From: an uncultured Actinomycetota bacterium
Lineage (GTDB): Bacteria; Actinomycetota; Actinomycetes; Propionibacteriales; Nocardioidaceae
DNA: 64,000 nucleotides
Assembly: GCA_963723195.1 (NCBI GenBank)
Contig: CAVRPU010000014.1
Location: forward strand, 151,922 to 215,921
Reading direction: 5' to 3'
Shown piece by piece: positions 39,431 through 56,306 of this stretch. Below the pieces are notes generated by a model. It made no database searches, was not told the DNA's origin, and saw nothing but the letters and a program-made list of their open reading frames with translations. A program made the position numbers and the translations under genes. The number at the start of each line of letters is the position of its first letter. Position 1 is the first letter of the stretch.

Positions 39431-39787
39431 GTGTGGAACGAGCACGTGGTGCCCCGGCTGGCGGATGCCTCGCTGCGGGGACACGAGGTCGGCAAGCTCC
39501 GCGGGCGCGCGCTCAGCGGCCTGCGCGGCCGGGTCCTCGAGATCGGCTTCGGCAGCGGCCTGAACATCGCGTGGTACCCACCCGAGGTGACCTCGGTGAG
39601 CGCTGTCGAGCCCTCCGACGTCGGCTGGCGGCTCTCAGAGCGCCGCCGGGCCACCTCCGACGTCACGATCGAGCGGACCGGCCTCGACGGGGAGCGGATC
39701 GACGAGCCCGACGCGACGTACGACGGCCTGGCTCCCACGGTTCAGCGCCCGTGGACCTACGTCCACCGGCTGCTGGCCACCGCCTGA
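39431..39787 (+). pseudogene. Class I SAM-dependent methyltransferase, C-terminally truncated remnant
   Basis: The product VWNEHVVPRLADASLRGHEVGKLRGRALSGLRGRVLEIGFGSGLNIAWYPPEVTSVSAVEPS carries motif I. After LDGERIDEPDATYDG the expected post-I/II motifs are replaced by an unrelated tail, with a stop at 39787. Confidence 0.45.
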
Positions 39788-39793
39788 GTCGGA

Positions 39794-40138
39794 TCAGCGC
39801 TTGCTCTGCCAGGCGTGGGTGACGTTCAGGGCCACGATCGCGAGCAGGGTGACCAGCATGGCCAGGTACTCACCGTTGAGACCGAGTGCGAGCGAGATCG
39901 GGATGAACGCCACCAGGGAGATGATGGCCAGCGCCAGCTGGCGCGGCCCGGCGTTCGCCCGCGCCGCGTCGGCACGGCTGCGAGCCGCGACCTCGTCCGC
40001 GACCCGTTTCTCGATCGCCTTCTCGATGCGGTCGGCGAAGCCGTCGACGAGCTCGGCGTCGTAGCGCAGACCCAGCTCGCGCCGGGTCTCGAGCACGGCC
40101 TCGACGTCGTGGCGCTCCAGCCCATCGTCCTGCGGCAT
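39794..40138 (-). CDS. Small membrane protein (soluble charged N-terminal half, two C-terminal TM helices)
   Basis: 114 aa starting at ATG 40138: MPQDDGLERHDVEAVLETRRELGLRYDAELVDGFADRIEKAIEKR...LALAIISLVAFIPISLALGLNGEYLAMLVTLLAIVALNV. It lies 3 nt downstream of mpa. Confidence 0.55.
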   Translation of the reverse strand: MPQDDGLERHDVEAVLETRRELGLRYDAELVDGFADRIEKAIEKRVADEVAARSRADAARANAGPRQLALAIISLVAFIPISLALGLNGEYLAMLVTLLAIVALNVTHAWQSKR

Positions 40139-40141
40139 CGG

Positions 40142-41878
40142 TCAGAGGTACTGCCCGGTGTTGGCGACCGTGTCGATCGACCGGCCCGGCTCGGTGCCCT
40201 GCTTGCCGGTGATGAGGGTGCGGATGAAGACGATCCGCTCGCCCTTCTTGCCGGAGATGCGGGCCCAGTCGTCCGGGTTGGTCGTGTTGGGCAGGTCCTC
40301 GTTCTCCTTGAACTCGTCGAGGCACGCCTGCAGCATGTGCTGGACCCGCAGGCCCCGCTGGTCGTGCTCGAGGAAGTCCTTGATCGCCATCTTCTTCGCC
40401 CGGTCGACGATGTTCTGGATCATGGCCCCGGAGTTGAAGTCCTTGAAGTAGAGGATCTCCTTGTCGCCGTTGGCGTAGGTGACCTCGAGGAAGCGGTTGT
40501 CCTCGGACTCGGTGTACATCCGCTCGACCGTGGCCTGGATCATGCCGGCGACGCAGGCGTCGCGGTCGCCCCCGAACTCGGCGACGTCGTCGTGGTGCAG
40601 CGGGAGGTCGGCCACGAGGTACTTGCTGAAGATGTCGCGGGCCGACTCGGCGTCGGGGCGCTCGATCTTGATCTTCACGTCCAGGCGGCCCGGCCGCAGG
40701 ATCGCGGGATCGATCATGTCCTCGCGGTTGGAGGCGCCGATGACGAGAACGTTCTCCAGTGCCTCGACGCCGTCGATCTCGCTGAGCAGCTGCGGGACGA
40801 TGGTGTTCTCGACGTCGGAGGACACCCCCGAGCCGCGGGTGCGGAACAGCGAGTCCATCTCGTCGAAGAACACGATGACGGGCGTGCCCATGCTGGCCTT
40901 CTCGCGGGCCCGCTGGAAGACCAGCCGGATGTGCCGCTCGGTCTCGCCGACGTACTTGTTCAGCAGCTCGGGGCCCTTGATGTTGAGGAAGTAGGACTTC
41001 CCTTCCTGACCGGTCTTCGCGGCGACCTTCTTGGCCAGCGAGTTGGCGACGGCCTTGGCGATCAGTGTCTTGCCGCACCCTGGTGGCCCGTAGAGCAGCA
41101 CGCCCTTGGGCGGCTTGAGCTGGTGCTCCTTGAAGAGCTCGGGGTGGAGGTAGGGCAGCTCGACGGCGTCCTGGATCTGCTCGATCTGTCCGCGCAGGCC
41201 GCCGATCGACTCGTAGGCGATGTCGGGGACCTCTTCGAGGACGAGCTCCTCGACCTCGGACTTGGGGACCTTCTCGTAGGCGTAGCCCGCGCGCGTGTCG
41301 AGCAGCAGCGAGTCGCCGGCGCGGAGCTGGATCTCCCGAAGCGGAGCGGCCAGGCGTACGACGCGCTCCTCGTCGGCATTGGCGATGACCAGGGCCCGGT
41401 CGCCGTCGGCGAGGAGCTCCTTGAGCATCACGACCTCGCCGACCTCCTCGTAGGCCATCGCGGCAACGACGTTGAGGGCCTCGTTGAGCATGACCTCCTG
41501 GCCGCGCTTGAGCTCGTCGAGCTCGACGTTCGGGCTGACGTGCACGCGCAGCTTGCGCCCGCCGGTGAAGACGTCGATGGAGTCGTCGTCGTTGCGCTGG
41601 AGGAAGGTGCCGAAGCCCGCCGGAGGCTGCGCGAGGCGGTCGACCTCCTCCTTGAGCTTGGTGATCTGGTCGCGGGCCTCGCGCAGGGTCTGGGCGAGGC
41701 GCTCGTTCTGGCTCGTCACCGCGGCCAGCGACCGCTGGGTGTCGGCCAGGCGCAGCTCGATGCCGCGCGTGTGGCCAGGGGCGTCCTGGAGGCGGCGGCG
41801 CAGGTCGGCGACCTCGGCCTCCAAGAAGCGCACCTGGCTCGCGAGCTCCTCGCGTCCAGGTCCGTCGGAAGTCGGCAT
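40142..41878 (-). CDS. mpa: Proteasome-associated AAA ATPase Mpa/ARC
   Basis: ATG 41878 lies 8 nt after AGGAGG; the track ORF starts at GTG 41887. Coiled-coil N-terminus, OB domains, Walker A GPPGCGKT, Walker [10 protein letters not shown], and C-terminal ...NTGQYL as in Mtb Mpa. Confidence 0.95.
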   Translation of the reverse strand: MPTSDGPGREELASQVRFLEAEVADLRRRLQDAPGHTRGIELRLADTQRSLAAVTSQNERLAQTLREARDQITKLKEEVDRLAQPPAGFGTFLQRNDDDSIDVFTGGRKLRVHVSPNVELDELKRGQEVMLNEALNVVAAMAYEEVGEVVMLKELLADGDRALVIANADEERVVRLAAPLREIQLRAGDSLLLDTRAGYAYEKVPKSEVEELVLEEVPDIAYESIGGLRGQIEQIQDAVELPYLHPELFKEHQLKPPKGVLLYGPPGCGKTLIAKAVANSLAKKVAAKTGQEGKSYFLNIKGPELLNKYVGETERHIRLVFQRAREKASMGTPVIVFFDEMDSLFRTRGSGVSSDVENTIVPQLLSEIDGVEALENVLVIGASNREDMIDPAILRPGRLDVKIKIERPDAESARDIFSKYLVADLPLHHDDVAEFGGDRDACVAGMIQATVERMYTESEDNRFLEVTYANGDKEILYFKDFNSGAMIQNIVDRAKKMAIKDFLEHDQRGLRVQHMLQACLDEFKENEDLPNTTNPDDWARISGKKGERIVFIRTLITGKQGTEPGRSIDTVANTGQYL

Positions 41879-41951
41879 CTGGCTCACCTCCTTAGATTGG
41901 CGACCCTACCCGCGCTGAGCAGCGACGGAAGCGGAAAAGCCCGGGTGTTGG

Positions 41952-44853
<2,902 letters not shown>

Positions 44854-44939
44854 ACCCCGAGGCTATCCGACCAGAGGGTGCCGCCCCGCCAGGTTCGAGC
44901 GGCGCAGGAGATGTCGGCGGGCTCGCCTAGGGTGGCCGC

Positions 44940-45875
44940 ATGCCGGCCATCGAGATCCCCGCCGGGTCCCCCGCGGTCCCGCTCTCGACGCCCGTCGACG
45001 GGGTCGACGTGCTGGGCGCCCTCTCGCCGAGCCGGGCAGCCGACTTCATGGTCTGTCCCCTGCTCTACCGGTTCCGCACCGTCGACCGCCTGCCCGAGCC
45101 GCCGTCCCCCGACGCCGTGCGCGGCACGTTGGTCCACAAGGTTCTCGAGGACCTCTTCGACCTCCCCGCGGCCGACCGCACGCCCGAGCGGGCCCGCGAC
45201 CTGCTCGGCCCGACCTGGCACGGGCTGCTCGAGCAGGAGCCTGCGGTTGCCGAGATGTTGGTGGGGGGCGAGACCGAGCAGCTGGACTTCCAGACGTGGT
45301 TCGACAGCTGCGCGACGGTGCTCGATCGCTACTTCACGCTGGAGGACCCACGCCGCCTCGAGCCCGCCGAGCGCGAGCTCTACGTCGAGGCGCTGCTCGA
45401 CTCCCGACTCCTGCTGCGTGGCTTCGTCGACCGGCTCGACGAGGCGCCCGACGGCCGGCTCAGAGTCGTGGACTACAAGTCGGGACGGAGCCCCGGCGAG
45501 GGGTTCGAGGCCAAGGCGATGTTCCAGATGAAGTTCTACGCGCTGGCCATCTGGCGCTCCCGCGGCGTCGTGCCGGCGATGCTCCAGCTGGTCTACCTCG
45601 GCAACGGCGAGATGCTGCGCTACGTCCCCGACGAGGCCGACCTGCTGGCCACTGAGCGCAAGGTGGTGGCGATCTGGGAGGCGATCCGGCGCGCGGAGTC
45701 GACCGGGGACTGGAGGGCGAGCCCGAGCCGGATGTGCGACTGGTGCGCCCATCAGGCCCTGTGCCCGGCCTACGGCGGCACTCCGCCCCCGCTGCCCGAG
45801 CCAGAGCTCCCCGCCGCGGCCGTCGATCCGGCCGGCGACCTGGTCACGGCGCAGGAGCGCACCGGTCAGCCCTAG
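44940..45875 (+). CDS. PD-(D/E)XK (RecB-family, Rv2119-like) nuclease with C-terminal Cys cluster
   Basis: ATG 44940. The product has SPSRAADFMVCPLLYRFR, the nuclease core GFVDRLDEAPDGRLRVVDYKSGR, and C-terminal CDWCAHQALCP. Stop TAG 45873-45875. Confidence 0.8.
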   Translation: MPAIEIPAGSPAVPLSTPVDGVDVLGALSPSRAADFMVCPLLYRFRTVDRLPEPPSPDAVRGTLVHKVLEDLFDLPAADRTPERARDLLGPTWHGLLEQEPAVAEMLVGGETEQLDFQTWFDSCATVLDRYFTLEDPRRLEPAERELYVEALLDSRLLLRGFVDRLDEAPDGRLRVVDYKSGRSPGEGFEAKAMFQMKFYALAIWRSRGVVPAMLQLVYLGNGEMLRYVPDEADLLATERKVVAIWEAIRRAESTGDWRASPSRMCDWCAHQALCPAYGGTPPPLPEPELPAAAVDPAGDLVTAQERTGQP

Positions 45876-45915
45876 GATCTTCACCGTGCGCTCGCTGACC
45901 CCCGGCCGTCGGGCG
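45834..45915 (+). repeat. Copy A of a segmental duplication (RecB-like 3' end plus LuxR-HTH remnant on the minus strand)
   Basis: 45834-45880 matches 46441-46484 with 1 mismatch and 3 gapped nt. 45879-45915 matches 46583-46619 at about 85%. Relative to copy B, 98 nt are missing. The minus strand still reads ...RRPGVSERTVK. Confidence 0.8.
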
Positions 45916-46080
45916 TCGTAGTACCTGGTCCGGCCACGTGTCCGTGACCGAGGAGCACTCCGCCTTGCGGCTGTCCTCTCGCGCACGCCCGATCAGTGCA
46001 CGTACGGCCACACCGAGTTCTCGGCACCGACGCCAGGGCATCTGACTCGACGGTGCCGTCACGAGTGGCGTCACGCTGAG

Positions 46081-46440
46081 ATGCAGTCCGTCAACGTGTC
46101 CTTCACCGCCCAGCTACGCGAGCTCGGAGTCGTCGGCAACAAGCACATCGCTCCTGGCTACCTGCGTGCTGGCAACGACCAGAGGATCGACCTGCTCCGC
46201 GGACTCATGGACACCGATGGCTGGTGGAACGTGACACGTCGCCGTGCCGGATTCACCACGACCGACGACCGGTTGGCAGCAGACGTCATCGAGCTGCTCC
46301 GGTCGCTCGGCATCCATCCCCTCCACTTCGCCAAGCCCTACGTGAACACGGTGCGGCCGAGCAGAACCTGGCACGTCATCGAGTTCACTCCGACGGGCTT
46401 CAACCCGTTCAGTCTTCCTCGCAAGGCCGCGGCATTGGTT
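46081..46440 (+). pseudogene. Fragment of a LAGLIDADG-type (intein/homing) endonuclease
   Basis: The product has NKHIAPGYLRAGNDQRIDLLRGLMDTDGWWNVTRRRAGFTTTDDRLAADVIELLRSLGIHP, a typical second LAGLIDADG block (LLRGLMDTDG). No first block or Hint domain is recognisable upstream. The ORF runs straight into repeat copy B. Confidence 0.5.
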
Positions 46441-46619
46441 GGCGACCTGGTCACGGCGCAGGACCGCACCGGTAGCCCTGATCTCCTGACCGCTGGGGTG
46501 GCCGACCTGGCGCTCCGCCCACGAGCGCCGCCTGGGTTCGATCGACGACGCCGATCGCTGCGAAGGCCGAGGTGAGGTGCGCCTTCACGGTGCGCTCGCT
46601 GATCCCCAGCCGGCGGGCG
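46441..46619 (+). repeat. Copy B of the segmental duplication (functional 3' end of the response-regulator gene)
   Basis: See copy A. It contains the response-regulator stop (TGA 46453-46451) and the HTH coding region ...[11 protein letters not shown]. Confidence 0.8.
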
Positions 46620-47132
46620 ATCTGCTTGTTGGCGAGACCCTGGCGCACCAGCTCGATCACCTCCGCCTCGCGCGGGGTCAGGTTCGGACCCGGGGAGGCC
46701 GCGCCGGGCGGACCGAGCGCCCAGCAGCTGACGCGCCGCGCGAGGGTGGATCGGCGACTCGCCCCGGCTGACCGCCCGGATCCCAGCCAGCACCTCCTCG
46801 GGGTCGGCGTCCTTGAGGAGATAGCCGAGGGCTCCCGCGTCGAGGGCGGCCACGATCCGCTCCGAGTCGGAGAACGACGTCAGCACGAGGACGTCGGCGA
46901 GGCGCTCGGTCGTGATGGACCGGGTCGCCTCGACGCCGTCGACGCCGGGCATCTGCAGGTCCATCAGGACGACGTCGGGCCGGGTCGCCGCGACGACCGC
47001 GAGGGCCTCGGCGCCGTCGCCGGCAGTGCCGACGACCTCGATGTCCGGGCCGCCCGCGAGCAGCTGCTCGAGCCCCCGGCGTACGACGGCGTGGTCGTCG
47101 ACCACGACGACGCGGATCGTTCGCTCGCTCAT
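46451..47132 (-). pseudogene. NarL/LuxR-family response regulator, one apparent +1 shift between receiver and HTH
   Basis: ATG 47132 overlaps the kinase stop (ATGA). The receiver is IRVVVVDDHAVVRRGLEQLL...DVVLMDLQMPGVDG...VLVLTSF...GALGYLLKD. After about 46681 the HTH ([36 protein letters not shown]) is in another frame. Confidence 0.8.
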
Positions 47133-48431
47133 CGCGTCCCCACGTCCAGGCTCACGGTGGTTCCCTCCCCCGGGGCCGTGGTCACGTCGAGGCGGCCGCC
47201 GGCGTCGGCGACGAGGCTGGCCAGGCCGCGCAGCCCGAAGTGCGGCGGTGCCGATCGGCTCGGTGCGGGTCGAAGCCCGCGCCCGTCGTCGGCGACCTCG
47301 AGGGTGACAGCGCCGGCCGAGCCCACGACGCGCACGTCCAGCCGGCGCGCCTGCGCGTGCCGGGTGGCGTTGCGCACCGCCTCCTGGGCAACCCGCCAGA
47401 CCAGCGCGATGGTCTCGTCGGACACGCCGTCGACGCCCGTCGACCGACACGGTCGTCTCCAGCGCCCAGGTCGGCGGCCGGTGCGGTGAGGTCCTCGAGC
47501 GCCGCGGCGAGGCCGTCGGCGCCGAGCTCGGGCGGATAGATCTCGACGAGCAGCGATCGCAACGACCGCAACGACTCACGCAGCGACGGCCCGCCTCACC
47601 GGCTGCCGTCCTGACCGCGGGCGTGGCGCCCTCGGCCGTCCGTCAGCGAGTGCAGCGCGAAGGCAGTGCCGGCGAGGTCTTGGACGACCCCGTCGTGGAG
47701 GTCGCGGGCGATGCGCCGCCGCTCGGCCGCCGACGCGTCGGCCGCGCCGGACGCAGCAGCAGCTCCCGGTCGCGCGCGACCCGGGACAGGCGGCTCGTCA
47801 GCGCGAAGATCATGGCCGCGGCGAGCACCACGAGGGCCAGCAGAGCGCCGAGCGTGATCCGGCGGAACGGGGCGAACACCTCGCGCTCGCGCTGGTCGAG
47901 GTCCGCGTCGTCGTAGTAGACCTCGAAGAGCAGTGGCTCCTCCTCCGGCGACCAGATCTGGGTGTAGACCTCGACGACCCCGCCGAGATCGCGCTCGAAG
48001 CGGTTCTCCTCCTCCGACAGGTCTGAGACCTCGGCGTCGACGCCCCGTTCTCGAGGACCTCGAGCTCCTCGCCGCCGAGAGCGTAGCGGCTGCCGATGAG
48101 CTGGGTGGCATCGGAGTAGACGACGACGCCGTCGCGGTTCCAGATCTTGATCCGCTGCACGTCGCCCACGAGCAGGCGGTCGAGCACCTGACGGTCGAGC
48201 CGGTCGACCGCGCCGGCGTCGCCGTCGACAAGGCCGCGCGGTATCGCCGGCTGCGCGACGGATCGCGCGAGCAGGAGGGTTGTGGAGCGGGCGTCGTTGA
48301 TGGCCTCGCGCTGCGGCGGCCTCGCGTGCGAAGAGCTCGGCGGCCACCACGATGCCGGCAAGCACGACGACAGCCCGGCCGTGAGGAAGAGCACGACCGG
48401 GTTGCGGAGGACGGACCCAGACTATCGGCAC
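47129..48431 (-). pseudogene. NarL-class sensor histidine kinase (HisKA_3 + HATPase_c), heavily frame-fragmented
   Basis: Pieces lie in different frames. They are the sensor ...REAINDARSTTLLLARSV...RIKIWNRDGVVVYSDATQLIGSRYALGGEELEVLENG; GVDAEVSDLSEEENRFERDLGGVVEVYTQIW...ITLGALLALVVLAAAMIFAL; the H-box AAERRRIARDLHDGVVQDLAG; LRSLLVEIYPPELGADGL; and the ATPase ETIALVWRVAQEAVRNATRHA...LEVADDGRG...HFGLRGLASLVADAGGRLDV. The start is uncertain. Confidence 0.75.
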
Positions 48432-48480
48432 GGGTCGTGGCTACCTGGTCGCGGGGCGGATCAGCATAGCCGCGCGACCG

Positions 48481-48498
48481 GGAGCCCGGCCGGGCTCC
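48481..48498 (-). terminator. GC hairpin after the secreted-protein gene
   Basis: ggagccc-ggcc-gggctcc (7-bp stem, 4-nt loop), 3 nt downstream of stop 48501-48503. Confidence 0.4.
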
Positions 48499-48500
48499 GC

Positions 48501-48920
48501 TCAGAAGGCCAGCGTCCCGCGGCAGGTCTCACCGCTGGCGGGGTTCTTGGCCTTGAAGACGAAGCTGTCGGTGCCTGACAGGTTCGTGAGCTTGCGCTCC
48601 ACGTCGAAGGACCCGCTCGGCCCGGTCGTCGTGGCGCGTGCCCCGCGCGGAGATCGATGCCGTTGTGCTTGATCTTCCACTTCCAGGTCTGACCGTTCTG
48701 GTTGCTGTCGACCTCGCCCTCGAACTCGATGCGGCCGTCGTCGGCCTTCGCCTTGACCTTCCACTCGGTGCCCGAGCTGCACGCCCCTCGCGGAGGACCT
48801 GTCGTCGTCATCGTCGGCCCACGCCGGACCGGCGGCGAGCGCGAGGCTGGCAAGGACGCGGCGACGAGCGCTCCGGTGGTCGAGGTGGTGGTGCGGGCGC
48901 GGTCGGCTGAGATGCGTCAT
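48501..48920 (-). pseudogene. Small secreted protein of unknown function; middle third encoded in another frame
   Basis: ATG 48920 follows GAAGGAG and opens the signal MTHLSRPRPHHHLDHRSARRRVLASLALAAGPAWA. The protein-like middle SSGTEWKVKAKADDGRIEFEGEVDSNQNGQTWKWKIKHNGIDL is in a second frame. The C-terminus SGSFDVERKLTNLSGTDSFVFKAKNPASGETCRGTLAF returns to the first frame. Confidence 0.5.
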
Positions 48921-49001
48921 GGCGATCTCCTTCGTTTGGTGCACCCAGCCTCGGCGAGTGTCAGGGCGCCCGCCATTGGACACTGGTCCTAGTACCTCCC
49001 C

Positions 49002-50823
49002 TCAGCCCTGGACGGCGTCCTCGTCGGCTCCCGAGCGACCCTCGGCCAGTCGCAGAGCAGCCTGGACGAGGGTCAGGTGGCTCAGCGCCTGGGGGAAGTT
49101 GCCGGCCATGCGGTCGTCGCCGACGTCGTACTCCTCCGAGAGCAGACCGACGTCGTTGGCGAGGCCGCAGAGCCGGTCGAAGAGATGCGTGGGCGTCGTC
49201 GAACCGGCCGGCCATGCAGTAGGCCGACACCAGCCAGAACGAGCAGGCCAGAAAGGGGTGCTCGTCACCCGGCAGCCCGTCGACGCCGGTGTGGGTGCGG
49301 TAGCGCATCGCGAAGCCGTCGCGCAGCAGGTCCTGCTCGACGGCCGCGATCGTGCCGAGGACAAGCGGGTCGTCGCCGGGGAGGAAGCCGACGAGCGGGA
49401 TCATCAGCAGCGAGGCGTCGACCTCCTTGGTCGCGTAGTGCTGCACGAACGTCCCCCGCTCCCGATCGACACCCTGCGCGAGGACCTCGGCACGGACCTC
49501 GTCACGAGCCCGGCGCCACCGGTCGACAGGCCCGTCGAGGCCGTGCTGCTCGACCGCCTCGATCGCCCGGTCGAACGCCGCCCACACCATCACCCGCGAG
49601 TGCGTGAAGTGCTGCGGCTCGCCCCGGATCTCCCACAGCCCGTGGTCCGGCTCGGCCCAGTGGTCGGCCAGGTCGTCCACCAGGGCGCGCTGCAGCGACC
49701 AGCTCAGGTCGGTGTCGTCGAGCCCGGCCTCGCGCGCCTGCTGCAGCGCGATCATCACCTCGCCGAGCACGTCGGTCTGCCGCTGGTCGACCGCGCCGTT
49801 TCCGATCCGGACCGGTGCGGACTGCTCGTAGCCCGGCAGGTGGTCGAGCTCGCGCTCGGGCAGCCGGCGGGCACCGTCGACGGCGTACATGATCTGGAGG
49901 TCCTCGGGATCGCCCGCGACCGCCCGCAGGAGCCACGTGCGCCACAGCTCGGCCTCGCCGGTGTAGCCGGCCGTCAGCAGGGTCTCGATGGTGAGGGCGG
50001 CGTCTCGCAGCCAGGTGTAGCGGTAGTCCCAGTTGCGGACGCCGCCGAAGTCCTCGGGCAGCGAGGTGGTCGGCGCGGCGACGATGCCGCCCGTCTCCTC
50101 GTGGGTCAGCAGCCGCAGGGTGAGCAGGCTGCGCACCACCAGCTCGCGGTGCGGCAGGTCGGGGCGGCACACCGTGCTCCAGCGCTCCTCCTCGCGACGG
50201 GTGCGCTCGATGGCACGGTCGAGGTCCGCGGGGCGGGGTACGTCGGCCCACGACGGGACCCAGGTCATCGCGAAGGTGAGCACGTCGCCCTCCCCCACGT
50301 CGAAGCTGTCGACGTGGCTCCCGTCCTGGCGCGTGGGCAGACGGGGCCCCCGGAGCACCAGCTTGTCGGGCCCGGCCGTCGCCAGGATGGCCACGGCGTC
50401 GGTCGATCCGTCGGCGCCCTCGGCGCGCACTCGGTTGACCCACGGCCGGACCTTGCCGTAGTCGAAGCGGACGACCCACTCGTGGCGCATCCGCACCGTG
50501 CCGCGGACGCCGGTGATCCGGCGCACCAGGTCGGCCCGGCCGTCGTTGGTGGGCATCACGTCGAGCAGGGTCACCTCACCGCCGGCCGTCGTGAACGTCG
50601 TCTCCAGCAGGGCGGTGTCGCCGAGGTAGGTGCGGGTGACGTCGTACTCCCCCTCGGGCTCGAGCTGCCAGTGGCCGTTGCGCTCGTCACCGAGCAGGGC
50701 GGCGAAGCAGGCCGGGGAGTCGAAACGCGGGAGGCACAGCCAGTCGACGGAGCCGTTGCGGCCGATCAGCGCCGCGGTGCCCCGGTCGCCGACGAAGGCG
50801 TAGTCCTCGATCGGCAGCGGCAT
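49002..50823 (-). pseudogene. Glycoside hydrolase family 15 (glucoamylase/trehalase-like), one apparent +1 shift near the C-terminus
   Basis: ATG 50823 opens MPLPIEDYAFVGDRGTAALIGRNGSVDWLCLPRFDSPACFAALLG. The product also has NWDYRYTWLRDAA and GLWEIRGEPQHFTHSRVM. After ...YCMAGRFDDAH (about 49188) the conserved end HLFDRLCGLANDVGLLSEEYD...GNFPQALSHLTLV is in the next frame, with stop 49002. Confidence 0.8.
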
Positions 50824-50832
50824 GGTCCGACC

Positions 50833-51508
50833 CTAGGAGACATCCAGGCCGCGGAGGTCGGCCAACGTCAGACCGGCCAGCGTGTCGCGGTGGATGCGGC
50901 GCTCGCCGGTGCTGACCGGGACGTGGTTGGGGATCACCAGGACCAGGCAGCCGGCAGCGACGGCGCTCGTGGTGCCCGGGTCGGAGTCCTCGACGGCCAG
51001 GCAGTTCTCGGGCTGCACGCCCAGCAGCTTGGCCGCGGTGAGGTAGGGCTCCGGATGCGGCTTGCCGCGGCTCACGGAGTCACCGGTGACGACGTCGGTG
51101 AAGGTGCCCTCGGGCAGCTCGGCCAGGATCGGCTCGACGAAGCGCTGGTAGGACATCGTCACCAGCGCACAGGGCACGCCCGCCTCGACGGCTTCGGCAA
51201 GCAGCTCGCGGGCCCCGGGCCGCCACGGCACCGCCACCTCGATCTGCCGTACGACGTCGTCGAGCAGCTCGTCGACGATCTGCTCGGGTGTGAGGTCGAC
51301 CGGGCCGTGGTCGCGGATGTAGCGCCCGGAGTCGAGCAGGTCGTTGCCCACCAGGTTGAGGGAGTGCGCCTTGCTCCAGGTGCCGCCGTGCCGCTGGACC
51401 AGGCGGTACTCCGCGTCGATCCAGTAGGGCTCGGTGTCGACGAGAGTGCCGTCCATGTCGAAGAGCAGCGCGGCGGGCCACTGCTCCGGGCCTGCCCCGC
51501 CCCGCGCG

Positions 51509-51516
<8 letters not shown>
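50833..51516 (-). CDS. HAD-superfamily hydrolase (beta-phosphoglucomutase/phosphatase-like)
   Basis: The product has [17 protein letters not shown] (DxDxT), [14 protein letters not shown], and [16 protein letters not shown]. The start overlaps the metH 3' end by 8 nt. Confidence 0.85.
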
Positions 51517-55270
<3,754 letters not shown>

Positions 55271-55448
55271 CTGGCTCCTTCCGGTCGACGTGCGCGGGCT
55301 GCGAGCGGGCGCTGGTCCATGGGGCTGGTCCATGGGTTGGGCTCGAGGTTAGGCACCCGCGTCCGGACGATGGACACGGTTCCCGCATCGTGACACCGCG
55401 CGCCGACGGTCGAGAAATCGTGAGGAGCCGGCACCGGGCAACTAGGCT

Positions 55449-56300
55449 GTGGAGGTGATCGAGATCGAGGACGTCGACGACCTGGTCGATCCCGTGGTCA
55501 TCGCCGCCTTCGAGGGCTGGAACGACGCCGCCGACGCCGCCACCGGCGTGGTCGACCACCTGATCAGGGTGTGGGACGCGCGCATCGTCGGCGCGATCGA
55601 TCCCGAGGACTTCTACGACTTCCAGGTGAACCGCCCCATGGTGGGCGCCGACGAGCGTGGGCATCGCCGCATCACCTGGCCCACCACGCAGATCGCGGTC
55701 GCCTCGCCACCGGAGCTCGATCGCGACGTGATCCTGGTCCGGGGCATCGAGCCCAACATGCGCTGGCGGCAGTTCTGCGCGGAGATCCTCGCCGCCTGCG
55801 ACCAGCTCGGTGGGGGGCTCGTCGTCACCCTGGGAGCGATGCTGGCCGACACCCCACACACCAGGCCGGTCCCGGTGAGCGGCAACGCCACCGAGGCCGA
55901 GCTCATCGACCGGCTCAAGCTGGAGACGTCGACCTACGAGGGCCCCACGGGCATCGTGGGGGTGTTCCAGGACGCGTGCACCCGGCTCGACATCCCCGCC
56001 GTCTCCTACTGGGCCGCCGTGCCGCACTACGCGGCCCAGCCGCCATGTCCCAAGGCCACGCTCGCCCTCGTGGGCGTCCTGGAGGAGCTGCTCGAGGCGA
56101 GCCTGCCGCTGCTCGACCTGGCCGAGGACGCCCGCGCCTGGGAGCGCGGCGTCGACGAGCTGGCGGAGGAGGACGAGGACATCGCCGACTACGTCCGGGC
56201 CCTGGAGGAGACGCGCGACACCACCGAGCTGCCCGAGGCATCGGGCGAGGCGATCGCGCGCGAGTTCGAGCGTTACCTCAAGCGCGGCGAGGCGGAGTAG
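55449..56300 (+). CDS. PAC2 (proteasome assembly chaperone-like) family protein, Rv2125-like
   Basis: 283 aa. The product has PVVIAAFEGWNDAADAATGVVDHL, ILVRGIEPNMRWRQF, GPTGIVGVFQDAC, and an acidic C-terminal tail. Confidence 0.85.
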   Translation: MEVIEIEDVDDLVDPVVIAAFEGWNDAADAATGVVDHLIRVWDARIVGAIDPEDFYDFQVNRPMVGADERGHRRITWPTTQIAVASPPELDRDVILVRGIEPNMRWRQFCAEILAACDQLGGGLVVTLGAMLADTPHTRPVPVSGNATEAELIDRLKLETSTYEGPTGIVGVFQDACTRLDIPAVSYWAAVPHYAAQPPCPKATLALVGVLEELLEASLPLLDLAEDARAWERGVDELAEEDEDIADYVRALEETRDTTELPEASGEAIAREFERYLKRGEAE

Positions 56301-56306
56301 CAGCCC

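Noticed and set aside
39155-39484. 109-aa minus-strand track ORF upstream of dop.
   Set aside because: It has a non-protein-like composition. The convincing small ORF (39229-39309) is in a different frame and has its own SD.
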